DNA from: Desulfocapsa sulfexigens DSM 10523
GTDB lineage: Bacteria > Desulfobacterota > Desulfobulbia > Desulfobulbales > Desulfocapsaceae
DNA length: 32,000 nt
Direction of reading: 5' to 3'
Assembly (NCBI RefSeq): GCF_000341395.1
Contig: NC_020304.1
Location: forward strand, 1,230,001 to 1,262,000
Position numbers and translations under genes: made by a program. The number at the start of each line of letters is the position of its first letter. The first letter of the stretch is position 1. A model generated the notes under the pieces. The model had not been told where the DNA came from. It saw only the letters and a list, made by a program, of their open reading frames with translations, and ran no database searches. Of this stretch, positions 1-12,237 are shown piece after piece.

Positions 1-546
1 CTTCTTACTATTCAGGAAGGAACATTAATTCCAAAAAAAGGTGTTCAGGAATTAAAAAAATTCTGTGATAGTCGTGATAGTGTTGAAATATCTTTTGAAA
101 AAGAAAAACTTATAGCGAAAGATAATGAATCTGTAATGGTCATTCGTTTAAAACAGGGTGAATTTCCACAATACAGAGCAATTGTCAACGCAGTTCAACT
201 TGAAAATAAAATAACCATAGAAAGAAGACCATTTCTTGATTCTCTGAAACGAATTAATCTCTTTACAGAAGATATATTTCATACAATTCAACTTGAAATT
301 GAAAATGGCAAGATGATTTTGAGTTCGCAGAATGTAGATCTCGGAAACGCTAAAGACATACAGGATATTCAATACGATGGTGAACCTTTGCTTTTGGGCT
401 TTAATTGTCGTTATTTTATAGAAACTCTTCAGGTTATGGAATGTGATAGTGTGGATGCATACATTAATTCTAATAATAGTCCCTGTCTTATGAAATCAGA
501 CAGGGATGAAGGATTTTTAAGTATTATAATGCCCATGCAGTTATAG
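1..546 (+). CDS. dnaN: DNA polymerase III subunit beta, C-terminal part (gene starts before window)
   Basis: Frame 1 is open from base 1 (LLTIQEGTLIPKKGVQELKKF...) into FPQYRAIVNAVQ...; ends ...LSIIMPMQL*, a typical beta-clamp C-terminus. gyrB follows. Confidence 0.93.
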   Translation, partial: LLTIQEGTLIPKKGVQELKKFCDSRDSVEISFEKEKLIAKDNESVMVIRLKQGEFPQYRAIVNAVQLENKITIERRPFLDSLKRINLFTEDIFHTIQLEIENGKMILSSQNVDLGNAKDIQDIQYDGEPLLLGFNCRYFIETLQVMECDSVDAYINSNNSPCLMKSDRDEGFLSIIMPMQL

Positions 547-605
547 TTTATATATTTAAATTTTTATATAATTTACAAACAATTATCTATTCTTAGTGTA
601 TTTGA

Positions 606-3056
<2,451 letters not shown>

Positions 3057-3121
3057 TCAAAACTATAGATAAAGCGCATTGCTCTGGCTATGCAGCATAA
3101 TGTTGTAAATTGGTATTTTAT

Positions 3122-5617
3122 ATGACAACTGAAGAACAAGAAATTCATCCAACAATCTCCATTGAAAGGGAGATGAGAAAATCCTATCTCGATTATGCTA
3201 TGAGCGTCATAATTGGTAGAGCTCTGCCAGATGTTCGTGACGGTCTAAAACCAGTTCATCGTCGGGCTCTTTTTGCCATGCGAGAACTCTCTGTTTTTTT
3301 TAACAGACCCTATGTTAAATCGGCTCGTATAGTCGGTGATGTTATAGGTAAGTATCATCCTCATGGTGATACGGCCGCCTATGATACCATTGTTCGAATG
3401 GCTCAGGATTTCTCCATGCGTTACCCGCTGGTTGACGGTCAGGGTAACTTCGGATCTATGGATGGTGATTCTCCTGCAGCTATGCGTTATACCGAAGCAA
3501 GAATGACAAAAATTGACAGAGATATAGTAAGTGATCTTGAAAAGGATACTGTCGATTTTGGTCCTAACTATGATAACTCCATGACTGAACCATTGGTTAT
3601 GCCAAGTAAAATTCCAAATTTGCTGGTCAATGGATCGTCAGGTATTGCCGTTGGAATGGCCACCAACATTCCGCCCCACAATCTCACTGAAGTTATGAAT
3701 GGCTTAATTGCCATGATTGATAATTCTAACATCACAGTCCATGAGCTTATTGAAATAATAACCGGTCCCGATTTCCCCAAAGGTGCTTTTATATGTGGGC
3801 GCGCTGGAATCCGTGAGGCTTATGAGACGGGACGTGGCAGTATACTTATGCGTTCACGTACTCATGTTGAAACAATTAAGGGGAGTAAAAGGGAAGCAAT
3901 TATTGTAACGGAAATTCCCTTTCAACAAAACAAGGCAACCCTAGTTTCCAAGATAGCTCTTCTTGTAAAAGAAAAGAAAATAAATGCAATAGCTGAAGTT
4001 CGTGACGAATCTGACAGGCATGGTGAAAGAATAGTAATTGAATTGAAAAAAGATGAAATCGCTGATGTTGTAATTAATCAGTTATATAAAATGACACCTT
4101 TACAGCGATCCTTTGGTATTATCTTTCTGGCAATTGTTAATAACAAACCTGAGGTTTTAAATCTAAAACAAATTCTCGAATATTTTATTCTTCATCGTAA
4201 AGTTATTGTTTATCGCCGTACAGCCTTTGAATTAAGAAAAGCAGAAGAAAAGGCACATCTTTTAGAAGGTCTTAAAATTGCCATTACCAATTTGGATGAG
4301 GTTGTAGAATTAATTAAATCTTCTGATAATCCAGCTGCTGCAAAAGCCGAATTGATAGGCCGCTTTAATCTCTCTGATATTCAATCTCAGTCTATTCTTG
4401 ATATGAGACTACAGCGTCTTACCGGTCTTGAGCGTGATAAAATTATTCAGGATTACAAAGATATCATTGCAGAGATAAATAGATTACAGGAAATCCTTGG
4501 TGATGAAAACCTGGTAATGAAGATAATCCGTGATGAATTTATCGAAATTAGAGATACCTATGGAGATGAGAGACGCACTGAAATAATAGATGCTGTTGAT
4601 GAAATTCTCCCTGAAGATATGATAACTCAGGAGGATATGGCGGTTACCGTTACCCACACAGGTTATATTAAGCGTAATCCTGTGAGTATATACAGATCCC
4701 AAAAGCGTGGCGGAAAAGGAGTTTTGGGTGTGAAAAACATTGAGGAAGATTTTGTTTCTAACCTTTATGTTGCTTCAACCCATGATACATTCCTCTTTTT
4801 CACCAATCATGGAAAAATATTCTGGCGAAAAGTTTATCAGCTTCCGTTAGCCGGACGCACTGCACGAGGGAAAGCTATTGTCAATCTTCTTAATCTTGCA
4901 GAGGATGAGAAGGTTGCTGCCATTCTACCTGTTGCTGATCTTCAGAATGAAAAAATAACTAAAACTATACTCATGGTAACCCGTCTTGGACGCGTTAAAA
5001 AAACCAGCCTTGAGGAATTTATTAAACCACTCAAGCGCGGTAAAAAAGCACTTACTATTAATGAAGATGATGAGATTATCTCTGCCCATATCCTTACGGG
5101 CGACGATACCATTTTTCTTTTTTCCAAATACGGTTCTTCTATCCACTTTCATGAAAGTGATGTCCGAACCATGGGTAGAACAGCTGCAGGAGTTCGTGGT
5201 ATTCGGTTAAAAGAAAATGATTATGTTGTTGGATCTATCGTAATTGATTCCGATTCTTCTATTCTCACAGTAACTGAAAATGGTTATGGAAAAAGAAGTC
5301 CCGTTGCCGACTATCGTATTCAAAAACGCGGTGGACTGGGTATTATGGCCATTAAAACTAGTGAACGAAATGGCTACGTTGTCGGTGCCATGCAGGTAGA
5401 TGATGACTCAGAGGTCATGTTGATAGCTGATTCTGGGAAAATGATTCGAATGCCGATGAGCAATGTGAGGGTTATTGGTAGAACAACTCAGGGTGTAGGA
5501 CTTATCAATCTTGCAGATGATGAACGGGTTGTTGCAATGGATCTTGTAGCTCCTGAAGAAGAATCTGATGATGAAAGTGAAGGTGAATTTCAAGAATTAC
5601 AGCGTTCAGATGAATAA
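3122..5617 (+). CDS. gyrA: DNA gyrase subunit A
   Basis: ORF 3110..5617; likely start is the internal ATG at 3122 (MTTEEQ). [31 protein letters not shown], active site AARYTEARM-type motif, GyrA-box QRGGKG and C-terminal beta-pinwheel repeats. Confidence 0.98.
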   Translation: MTTEEQEIHPTISIEREMRKSYLDYAMSVIIGRALPDVRDGLKPVHRRALFAMRELSVFFNRPYVKSARIVGDVIGKYHPHGDTAAYDTIVRMAQDFSMRYPLVDGQGNFGSMDGDSPAAMRYTEARMTKIDRDIVSDLEKDTVDFGPNYDNSMTEPLVMPSKIPNLLVNGSSGIAVGMATNIPPHNLTEVMNGLIAMIDNSNITVHELIEIITGPDFPKGAFICGRAGIREAYETGRGSILMRSRTHVETIKGSKREAIIVTEIPFQQNKATLVSKIALLVKEKKINAIAEVRDESDRHGERIVIELKKDEIADVVINQLYKMTPLQRSFGIIFLAIVNNKPEVLNLKQILEYFILHRKVIVYRRTAFELRKAEEKAHLLEGLKIAITNLDEVVELIKSSDNPAAAKAELIGRFNLSDIQSQSILDMRLQRLTGLERDKIIQDYKDIIAEINRLQEILGDENLVMKIIRDEFIEIRDTYGDERRTEIIDAVDEILPEDMITQEDMAVTVTHTGYIKRNPVSIYRSQKRGGKGVLGVKNIEEDFVSNLYVASTHDTFLFFTNHGKIFWRKVYQLPLAGRTARGKAIVNLLNLAEDEKVAAILPVADLQNEKITKTILMVTRLGRVKKTSLEEFIKPLKRGKKALTINEDDEIISAHILTGDDTIFLFSKYGSSIHFHESDVRTMGRTAAGVRGIRLKENDYVVGSIVIDSDSSILTVTENGYGKRSPVADYRIQKRGGLGIMAIKTSERNGYVVGAMQVDDDSEVMLIADSGKMIRMPMSNVRVIGRTTQGVGLINLADDERVVAMDLVAPEEESDDESEGEFQELQRSDE

Positions 5618-6632
5618 TCCGATTGTTAATAAAATAGCAGTCATTGGTGCAGGATCTTGGGGAACTGCAATAGCCGGTGTGCTTTCTGCAAAGGGTTTGA
5701 AAACTGTTCTCTGGGGGCATAATGATAAACATATAGAGGATCTTAAAAAGGATCGTGAAAATAAGAAATATCTTCCAGGTTTTGAATTTCCTCAACTGCT
5801 TTCGATTGAAACAGATTTAAAGGAAGCCGCAACCGGAGCAGATGTTGTTTGTATGGTTGTACCGTCACACGGGTATCGTAAAGTTTTTGAAACACTTATT
5901 CCCTATCTTAAAACTGGTGCAAGTGTTGTCTCAGCCGTAAAGGGGATCGAAAATAGCTCTCTAATGACCATGACTCAGGTAATGAGGCAATGCCTTGGAA
6001 GTGCTCTGACCGCTAAAAATTTAACCCTTTCTGTCCTTTCTGGGCCATCATTCGCGAAAGAGGTCGCCTTGGGTTTACCTACTCTCGTAACTATTGGCTG
6101 TGATAACCTTGAGGACGCTCAGTTTCTTCAAAATGTTTTTGGAAGTGAACGTTTTCGTGTTTACGCTGCTCAGGATATGATGGGACTTGAGGTAAGTGCT
6201 GCTCTTAAAAATATTATAGCTATTGCTGCTGGTATAAGTGATGGCTTAGGTTTTGGCCTAAACAGTAGGGCAGCGCTTATAACTCGAGGACTCGCTGAAA
6301 TTACTCGCATGGGTGTTGCCATGGGGGCAGATCCCGTTACCTTCTCTGGACTTTCTGGTATTGGCGATCTGGTTCTCACCTGCACCGGTGATCTCAGTCG
6401 AAACAGGTCAGTGGGTCTTAAACTTGGAGTAGGAATGAAACTTTCCCAGATACTCGATGAGATGGAGATGGTTGCAGAAGGTGTTAAAACTACTCAGTCG
6501 GTTCACGACCTGATGTTACAAATGGAGGTTGAAATGCCCATTCTTGATCAGGTCTATCAAATTCTTTATAAAGGGAAAGAATGCTCAAAAGCCGTGACCG
6601 ACCTGCTGACCAGAGAGTTGAGGGTCGAATAA
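5610..6632 (+). CDS. gpsA: NAD(P)H-dependent glycerol-3-phosphate dehydrogenase
   Basis: [84 protein letters not shown] at 5610 overlaps the gyrA stop. Confidence 0.96.
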   Translation: MNNPIVNKIAVIGAGSWGTAIAGVLSAKGLKTVLWGHNDKHIEDLKKDRENKKYLPGFEFPQLLSIETDLKEAATGADVVCMVVPSHGYRKVFETLIPYLKTGASVVSAVKGIENSSLMTMTQVMRQCLGSALTAKNLTLSVLSGPSFAKEVALGLPTLVTIGCDNLEDAQFLQNVFGSERFRVYAAQDMMGLEVSAALKNIIAIAAGISDGLGFGLNSRAALITRGLAEITRMGVAMGADPVTFSGLSGIGDLVLTCTGDLSRNRSVGLKLGVGMKLSQILDEMEMVAEGVKTTQSVHDLMLQMEVEMPILDQVYQILYKGKECSKAVTDLLTRELRVE

Positions 6633-6646
6633 AAATTATTCAATGT

Positions 6647-7756
6647 ATGGAAAAAACTAATAATCAAAGAAGTATACAGTTTCTTAGTTACCTCGCCCTC
6701 TTCCTGCTTTTTGCCTCACTTTATATTTTTTCTTCCTATTTACACTATATCCTGGTTGCTGCTGTACTCGCACTTTGTACCAGTCATGCTTTGTCATCAT
6801 TAATAAAATTTTTGAATCGATCCCCTTTTCCCGGATTTATAAGAAAAAACTCTAACTTTATAAGTGCTTCTATTTTAACACTGTTTTTTCTCTGTTTAAT
6901 ATTTGCTCCCCTAGTTTATTTTCTTTCTGAAACCTATATTCAAATGTCCCATGTCGATGTTGACCATGTAAAAAAAGTAACCATGGAACTTGTTAACAGG
7001 CTGGTTGCGTTTACCGACCCAATTCCGATTCTTTATAATTTTCTCAGTACGTTAAAAACTGAAGGGTTTTCATTGTTAAAAAGTGTTTCTATTGAAACGC
7101 TTTACAAAACTATAAATGGTGTTGCTTCAGGGGCTGGAGGTCTGGTTGTTCAAATAGGATGGATATTGATTTTTTATTTTCTTTTTAATCTCAATGGAAG
7201 GCAAATACTTGCCTTTACAGCCAGAGTACTACCAACAAGTTTTGAGCATGAAAAGTATTTATACCGGGAGTGTACAGGAACAGTAGCCGTTGTCTTTTAT
7301 GGAACGCTTTTTAATATGCTAGCCCAGGGGCTTACCTTTGGTATCCTCATTTTTTTTATCGGTGGCTACAATACATTTTATCTCGCTGTTCTTGCGGGTT
7401 TTTGTTCTGTTATACCAATTGTAGGAGCAGCTCTTGTTTATGTCCCCGTGATAGCTCTTGAACTGGTTGCTGGAAATTTTATAAATGTTCTTGTTATTCT
7501 AATTGTAGTTTGGGGTATTATGGGTTTTTTCATCGATAATATTTTGCGAATTATTTTTATAAGCCACTTAAAAAGAATTTTTGGTTTCGAGTACACTATG
7601 AATGAAATATTAATTCTGCTCTCAATTCTGGCAGGAATTGCAAGTTTTGGGTTCTGGGGAATTATCATTGGACCTTCCGTCATAGCCCTTAGTCTGGCAG
7701 CAGCTAATCTTTATAGCTCACAAATTGAGCATACTGGATTTCCAGAAGATTTTTAA
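6647..7756 (+). CDS. AI-2E family transporter (PerM/YdiK-like membrane protein)
   Basis: Multi-TM protein with GGYNTFYLAVLAGFCSVIPIVGAALVYVP and FGFWGIIIGPSVIAL, characteristic of the AI-2E transporter family. Likely start MEKTNNQRS at 6647. Confidence 0.85.
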   Translation: MEKTNNQRSIQFLSYLALFLLFASLYIFSSYLHYILVAAVLALCTSHALSSLIKFLNRSPFPGFIRKNSNFISASILTLFFLCLIFAPLVYFLSETYIQMSHVDVDHVKKVTMELVNRLVAFTDPIPILYNFLSTLKTEGFSLLKSVSIETLYKTINGVASGAGGLVVQIGWILIFYFLFNLNGRQILAFTARVLPTSFEHEKYLYRECTGTVAVVFYGTLFNMLAQGLTFGILIFFIGGYNTFYLAVLAGFCSVIPIVGAALVYVPVIALELVAGNFINVLVILIVVWGIMGFFIDNILRIIFISHLKRIFGFEYTMNEILILLSILAGIASFGFWGIIIGPSVIALSLAAANLYSSQIEHTGFPEDF

Positions 7757-7921
7757 CATAGTATGATACCGCAAATATAGTTGTAGCCTTAAAAAAATGC
7801 TCTTGTTTAGGGTGCAGTTGGTCTGAGGCTACAATTTTGTGCAAATCTTTTTTAACGAAAAATCATACCAATACAGAGATACAAGCCATTTACTATAGTA
7901 GCCTGGTTCATCGGTTTGTAT

Positions 7922-8593
7922 TTATTTAGACCAGTCATTATTCTTAAACTCATCGTGATCAGGTTTAGGCGGTTTTGCTTCGGAAATACGCTGGTTCAAC
8001 CAGATAATCACTTTATCAAATTCGTTGCGAAGTTCAGTAAGTGCCTTACCGCGATGGCTTACTTTGTTTTTTTCTTCCAAACCACATTCTGCAAAACTCT
8101 TCCCAAATGGCTCATAGTAGAAAAGTGGGTCGTAACCGAAGCCGGAATCACCTTGCTTTTCTTGAAGAATAGTACCCTCACATGTGCCTTCATAGGTTAG
8201 TGCTGGTCCAGATGGAACCGCAATAGACAACACACACTGAAATGCCGCCTTACGATTTTCCTTCCCTTCCATTTCTTTCAGTAGTTTTTCACAATTCTCA
8301 GCATCGGTAGCTGATTCTCCTGCATATCTTGCCGAATAAACTCCTGGTGCCCCACCTAAGGCCTCAACCTCAAGTCCTGAGTCGTCAGCGATTGCTGGGA
8401 GACCAAGAATCTTTGCAGTGTGTAGGGCCTTCTTATAAGCATTGTCATCAAAAGTTTCTCCATCTTCGATACACTCTGGGATTGGTCCAAAATCTGCTAC
8501 GGATTTAATTTCTATTGGAAAATCACTAAGCATCTCTTGAAATTCTTTAACTTTGTTTTTGTTTGTTGTTGCAAGAACAATAAGATCGACCAT
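7922..8593 (-). CDS. rdgB: RdgB/HAM1 family XTP/dITP pyrophosphatase
   Basis: LATTNKNKVKEFQEML, FDDNAYKKALHTAKILGLPAIADDSGLEVEALGGAPGVYSARYAG, GDSGFGYDPLF, NKVSHRGKAL. Confidence 0.95.
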   Translation of the reverse strand: MVDLIVLATTNKNKVKEFQEMLSDFPIEIKSVADFGPIPECIEDGETFDDNAYKKALHTAKILGLPAIADDSGLEVEALGGAPGVYSARYAGESATDAENCEKLLKEMEGKENRKAAFQCVLSIAVPSGPALTYEGTCEGTILQEKQGDSGFGYDPLFYYEPFGKSFAECGLEEKNKVSHRGKALTELRNEFDKVIIWLNQRISEAKPPKPDHDEFKNNDWSK

Positions 8594-8648
8594 TTCGAAC
8601 CCTCATTAGGAATAAAATTTAATCAATGAAAATTATAAAAAAAGTCAG

Positions 8649-9212
8649 TTATTTTTTTCTTTCTTTACGTAATTTTCTCTGTAAGTTTTTATCATAGCGT
8701 TCCTGTTCGCTATAGATACAGCCGCAATAGGGTTGTCTGTATAATTTCATGTCAATAGCCATGTCTATCCCCTGCTGCCATCCAATTCTAAAATCCTCAT
8801 AATAAAAAGGAATATTATATTTCGTGGCTATTTTTTCACAAGTACTGATAATGGCATTATGATTTTGATATCGGGAGTAAAGAAGTGTTGAAGAAAAAGC
8901 ATCAGCTCCTGTATTAATTGCCTGTTGCGCAGTTTTTTCAAGACGCATTTCGTAACAGATAGCGCATCGATTTTTCTCATTAAAGACGACCTTCCTGAGA
9001 TATTCAGATAAACCATACTCGGATTCTATCTCAAGCTCAAAATCTTCTTTTAAAGAAAATTCTCTTAGCGTGTCCAGGCGCTTTCTGAATTCGCAGTATG
9101 GGTGAATGTTCGGGTTGTAAAAGTATCCGGAAACGTTGAAATTATTGTTTCTCAACTGAGATAATGTGTAGGTAGAACAAGGTGCGCAGCATACGTGAAG
9201 GAGAATTTTCAT
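8649..9212 (-). CDS. queH: Epoxyqueuosine reductase QueH
   Basis: ILLHVCCAPCSTY, GYFYNPNIHPYCEFRKR, RCAICYEMRLEKTA, FSSTLLYSRYQNH, YRQPYCGCIYSEQERY. Confidence 0.9.
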   Translation of the reverse strand: MKILLHVCCAPCSTYTLSQLRNNNFNVSGYFYNPNIHPYCEFRKRLDTLREFSLKEDFELEIESEYGLSEYLRKVVFNEKNRCAICYEMRLEKTAQQAINTGADAFSSTLLYSRYQNHNAIISTCEKIATKYNIPFYYEDFRIGWQQGIDMAIDMKLYRQPYCGCIYSEQERYDKNLQRKLRKERKK

Positions 9213-10841
9213 TTAAGGTGTTATTTTAAATTTTTTAGGGTCAATATTGTATTGATGGATTTTATAATTAATGATTCTGAGGCTTGTGTCGAGTATTTTA
9301 GAGGCTTTTGTCTGGTTTCCCCTCGTTTTTTTTAGTGCCTCAATAATAAGATCTTTCTCAAAATTTTCCACTGCAGTTGACAGAGATAATGGATTTTTAT
9401 CTGAAGTCGTAGAATCAGAGGTTTGTAGGGTGGGTGGTAAATGAATACCCTTAATAGTATCTCCGTCGCAAATAAGCACTGCTCGTTCCATACAGTTCTG
9501 CAATTCTCTCACGTTTCCAGGCCAATGGTACTGGATCAGCATATCAATGGCCGTTGTTGAAATTCTGTTTATTTTTACTTTATTTTCATCAGAATATTTT
9601 TTTAGAAAATACTCTGCAAGAAGAAGAATATCTGTTCTCCTTTCTCTAAGAGCTGGCATATATACTGGAAATACATTGAGACGATAATAGAGATCTTCTC
9701 TGAAACTATTATCTCTTACCGCGGCTTCAAGGTCACGATTAGTCGCAGCTACAAGTCTTACATCACATTGTATTGATTTTCCTGAGCCGAGCCTTTGAAA
9801 GGTTCTTTCCTGCACCACATTAAGGAGTTTTACCTGAACAGCTTGACTTATCTCTCCAATTTCATCCAGAAAAAGTGTACCCCCTTCTGCCTGTTCAAAC
9901 CGTCCTGTTTTTCGTTCAGTGGCTCCAGTAAAGGCACCCTTTTCATGACCAAAAAGCTCACTTTCTAACAGTGTTTCAGGTAGGGCGGAACAGTTTACAA
10001 CAACAAATTGTTTGTTACTTCTTTTAGAGTTGTAATGCAGAGCCTTGGCGACCAGAGTTTTTCCTGTACCAGACTCACCACGCAATAAAACAGTTGCATT
10101 TGAGTCAACCACCCTATGGATCATCTCATATACTTCCTGCATACGGCTTGAATTACCCTGAATATCATTAATGGTGTTTTTGCCTGATAACTCTCGGCGG
10201 AGTTTTAGGTTTTCTTCTATCAGATCTTCCTGTTCCCTGCTTACCGTCTGGATCCGCTGTGTTGTCTGTGCAATAAGGGAACTGAGAATTGTTAAAAAGC
10301 GCAAGTCATCATCTGCCTGCTTTGAGATTCCCTCAAGATATACCCGATCCACTGACAATGCCCCAATAACCTGTTTACCCCCATGAATAGGGACACAAAT
10401 AAATGACCTTGCCTTTGTGTTTAAATCTCCACGTGCTCTGGTTTTGTTTAAAAACATAGGTTCGTCTGCGATATGAGGCACAATAATTGATTCGCCTGAT
10501 GCCACCACTTTTCCAGTAATACCTTCACCAATTTGGTATTTACCACGCTTTCTACCCTCTGCACTAATACCATGTGCTACCTCTATTTCTAGTTTACCAG
10601 TTATAGGGTTTATGATCGTAACTGTCCCATTCTCCATGTTTTTCATAACATCAATGGTTTTCATTGCATTACTTAAACACTCCCTCAGGTCTGTTGAAGA
10701 GGCTAGATTTTTCGTAATTTCATAAAGACACGTGAGGTCTTTTAATTGTGTTGAAATATCTTTTAATTGTTTCATTTTTGTCTTTTTACTCGTGCTAACC
10801 GTTATTTTTTTCAGTAATACTGTTGTTGCAATTTTTTTCAC
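9213..10841 (-). CDS. GAF-domain sigma-54-dependent transcriptional activator (NifA-like architecture)
   Basis: N-terminal GAF region, AAA+ motifs [51 protein letters not shown] loop, and Fis-type HTH ([31 protein letters not shown]). No nif genes are visible, so nifA is not asserted. Confidence 0.9.
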   Translation of the reverse strand: MKKIATTVLLKKITVSTSKKTKMKQLKDISTQLKDLTCLYEITKNLASSTDLRECLSNAMKTIDVMKNMENGTVTIINPITGKLEIEVAHGISAEGRKRGKYQIGEGITGKVVASGESIIVPHIADEPMFLNKTRARGDLNTKARSFICVPIHGGKQVIGALSVDRVYLEGISKQADDDLRFLTILSSLIAQTTQRIQTVSREQEDLIEENLKLRRELSGKNTINDIQGNSSRMQEVYEMIHRVVDSNATVLLRGESGTGKTLVAKALHYNSKRSNKQFVVVNCSALPETLLESELFGHEKGAFTGATERKTGRFEQAEGGTLFLDEIGEISQAVQVKLLNVVQERTFQRLGSGKSIQCDVRLVAATNRDLEAAVRDNSFREDLYYRLNVFPVYMPALRERRTDILLLAEYFLKKYSDENKVKINRISTTAIDMLIQYHWPGNVRELQNCMERAVLICDGDTIKGIHLPPTLQTSDSTTSDKNPLSLSTAVENFEKDLIIEALKKTRGNQTKASKILDTSLRIINYKIHQYNIDPKKFKITP

Positions 10842-10979
10842 AATTATGTCATGTCTTGTTCCAATATAGGTTAAATATTCTATTTTATCTCTGATTTTTT
10901 CATTTCTGTTCTATGACCGGTTACCCGAGTACTCAAAATATTGACACAAGCTGTAACAGATGGTAAAAGACTTCCATCT

Positions 10980-11065
10980 GGAGGAATGGCCGAGTGGTTT
11001 AAGGCGGCGGTCTTGAAAACCGTTGTACGAAAGTACCGTGGGTTCGAATCCTACTTCCTCCGCCA
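10980..11065 (+). tRNA. tRNA-Ser (anticodon TGA), CCA encoded
   Basis: Acceptor GGAGGAA/TTCCTCC, anticodon stem-loop CGGTCTTGAAAACCG, long class II variable arm, T arm GGTTCGAATCC, GCCA 3' end. Confidence 0.95.
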
Positions 11066-11070
11066 GTTTT

Positions 11071-11162
11071 GGAGAGGTGACCGAGAGGCCGATGGTGCTC
11101 GCCTGCTAAGCGAGTGTGGGGGTTAGACTCCACCGAGGGTTCGAATCCCTCCTTCTCCGCCA
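11071..11162 (+). tRNA. tRNA-Ser (anticodon GCT), CCA encoded
   Basis: Acceptor GGAGAGG/CTTCTCC, anticodon arm CTCGC-CTGCTAA-GCGAG, long variable arm, T arm GGGTTCGAATCCC, GCCA. Confidence 0.95.
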
Positions 11163-11169
11163 AAATAAA

Positions 11170-11210
11170 AAGGCCCGACTTGCTTAATAAGCAAATCGGG
11201 CCTTTTTTTT
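11170..11210 (+). terminator. Rho-independent terminator after tRNA-Ser pair
   Basis: AAGGCCCGA-CTTGCTTAATAAGCAAA-TCGGGCCTTTTTTTT: GC-rich hairpin plus T-tract. Near-symmetric flanking A/T runs could let it also serve the convergent minus-strand gene. Confidence 0.88.
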
Positions 11211-11223
11211 CGTGTTAGTGGGT

Positions 11224-11682
11224 TTAATAGCCCCACAGGAGACTTCTCTTTATCCATCCTGTTAACCCGGACTCATGTTTTACTTTAGCCCACCCTTTGT
11301 CCTGTTTCAGAGTTTCAAAGACCACACCGTAATATGCTTTGCCAACTATATCGAATTTTGTTCCAGGACCACTTCGAATGTTTATCTGTTTTTTCTTTCC
11401 CTTGTTAACCTTCACAACCATATGTGGGGTTGACTTGAGGTATTTGTTAAATACCCACCCTGTGTCGTTTTCAAAATCCCTGATTTTCACCCAACCTCCC
11501 TTTTTAGACAACACTTTCACTGGAAGTCCGCTACCATATAGCCATTTTGGTGAATATTTTGTTCCTGGCCCAGAACGCACCTGTACATTTTCTCCATCAA
11601 TGCTAAGCATTTCAGCTTGAACATTACAAAAAATTAGGATTCCAAGAAAGGTTAAGAAAAGTACGAATTTTAGTTTCATCAT
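11224..11682 (-). CDS. Secreted/periplasmic protein with tandem bacterial SH3 domains
   Basis: N-terminal signal peptide-like MKLKFVLFLTFLGILIFCNVQA, then two repeats: VQVRSGPGTKYSPKWLYGSGLPVKVLSKKGGWVKIRD and INIRSGPGTKFDIVGKAYYGVVFETLKQDKGWAKV. Confidence 0.82.
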   Translation of the reverse strand: MMKLKFVLFLTFLGILIFCNVQAEMLSIDGENVQVRSGPGTKYSPKWLYGSGLPVKVLSKKGGWVKIRDFENDTGWVFNKYLKSTPHMVVKVNKGKKKQINIRSGPGTKFDIVGKAYYGVVFETLKQDKGWAKVKHESGLTGWIKRSLLWGY

Positions 11683-11810
11683 ATACCGTATAAATACCTG
11701 AGGTGACCTATGGTTTATTGACCGTTAATATACAATTAATATACATGCATTATCATTTCCAGCGCTTTTATCCTTTCAACGTAACATTCTTTTGATTAAA
11801 AACTAACATT

Positions 11811-12045
11811 TTAGGTAAATACTGTCTTTTCATCATTGAAATCATTGATCCTGGCTGTAACAGATGCTGTTTTGTCCCCTATTTTGATATCTTTGTCCCT
11901 TCTGTCATCTATTGTGATATGGGTGACGACTCGCACCGCTCCTTGATCAAACGGTATTTCGTAGATTTTTTCTAAGATAGCAAAAAGGTCCGTAATTTTT
12001 CCTTCAATCAGTGTTCCCATGTCATTTAGTTTAAATGTCGCATTT
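11811..12045 (-). pseudogene. 3' part of MTH1187-family thiamine-binding protein gene, interrupted by IS21-family element
   Basis: ATFKLNDMGTLIEGKITDLFAILEKIYEIPFDQGAVRVVTHITIDDRRDKDIKIGDKTASVTARI resembles the MTH1187/YkoF-type family pattern (MGT.IEG, GA.RVVT.I.IDDRRDK). The 5' remainder is at 14696..14792. Confidence 0.85.
12041..12045. repeat. Left target-site duplication CATTT
   Basis: CATTT immediately before TGCATATTCCAG; identical CATTT at 14696..14700. Confidence 0.85.
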
Positions 12046-12164
12046 TGCATATTCCAGACGATTCCGGCCACCGATTCCAGAGTAAACCGGCCACTCATTC
12101 CACGTGATTCCGGCCACCGATTCCATTTCATTCCGGCCAGTGATTCCAGAGGAATCCGGTCACC
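12046..12164 (+). repeat. Left-end multiple terminal repeats of the IS21-family element (likely transposase binding sites)
   Basis: TGCATATTCCAGACGATTCC followed by GGCCACCGATTCCAGAGTAAACC, GGCCACTCATTCCACGTGATTCC, GGCCACCGATTCCATTTCATTCC, GGCCAGTGATTCCAGAGGAATCC. Confidence 0.85.
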
Positions 12165-12237
12165 CCAAATAGGGAGTAGCGACGCATAGAACCAACTGGT
12201 AGAGAGTGCCTTTTTGAATAAAATTCAAGGAGGGCTC

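Noticed and set aside
148-372. Short minus-strand ORF inside dnaN, and many similar antisense ORFs (762-1298, 3568-3780, 19562-20266, 29958-30380, etc.)
   Set aside because: They lie antisense within clearly coding genes, have no recognisable motifs, and look like by-products of the codon composition.
7781-7834. Inverted repeat TTGTAGCCT...AGGCTACAA between the AI-2E transporter and rdgB genes
   Set aside because: 9-bp arms with a loop of about 36 nt and no strong T-tract. Possibly a weak convergent terminator, but not supportable as a feature.
10980-11162. Adjacent tRNA-Ser genes as an integration site for a mobile island
   Set aside because: No integrase, no duplicated tRNA 3' fragment and no accessory genes next to them.
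11811-12131. ORF 11811..12131 taken at face value as a 106-aa protein
   Set aside because: Its first about 28 residues are encoded by the IS21 terminal repeats. The real gene is the interrupted 108-aa reading frame.
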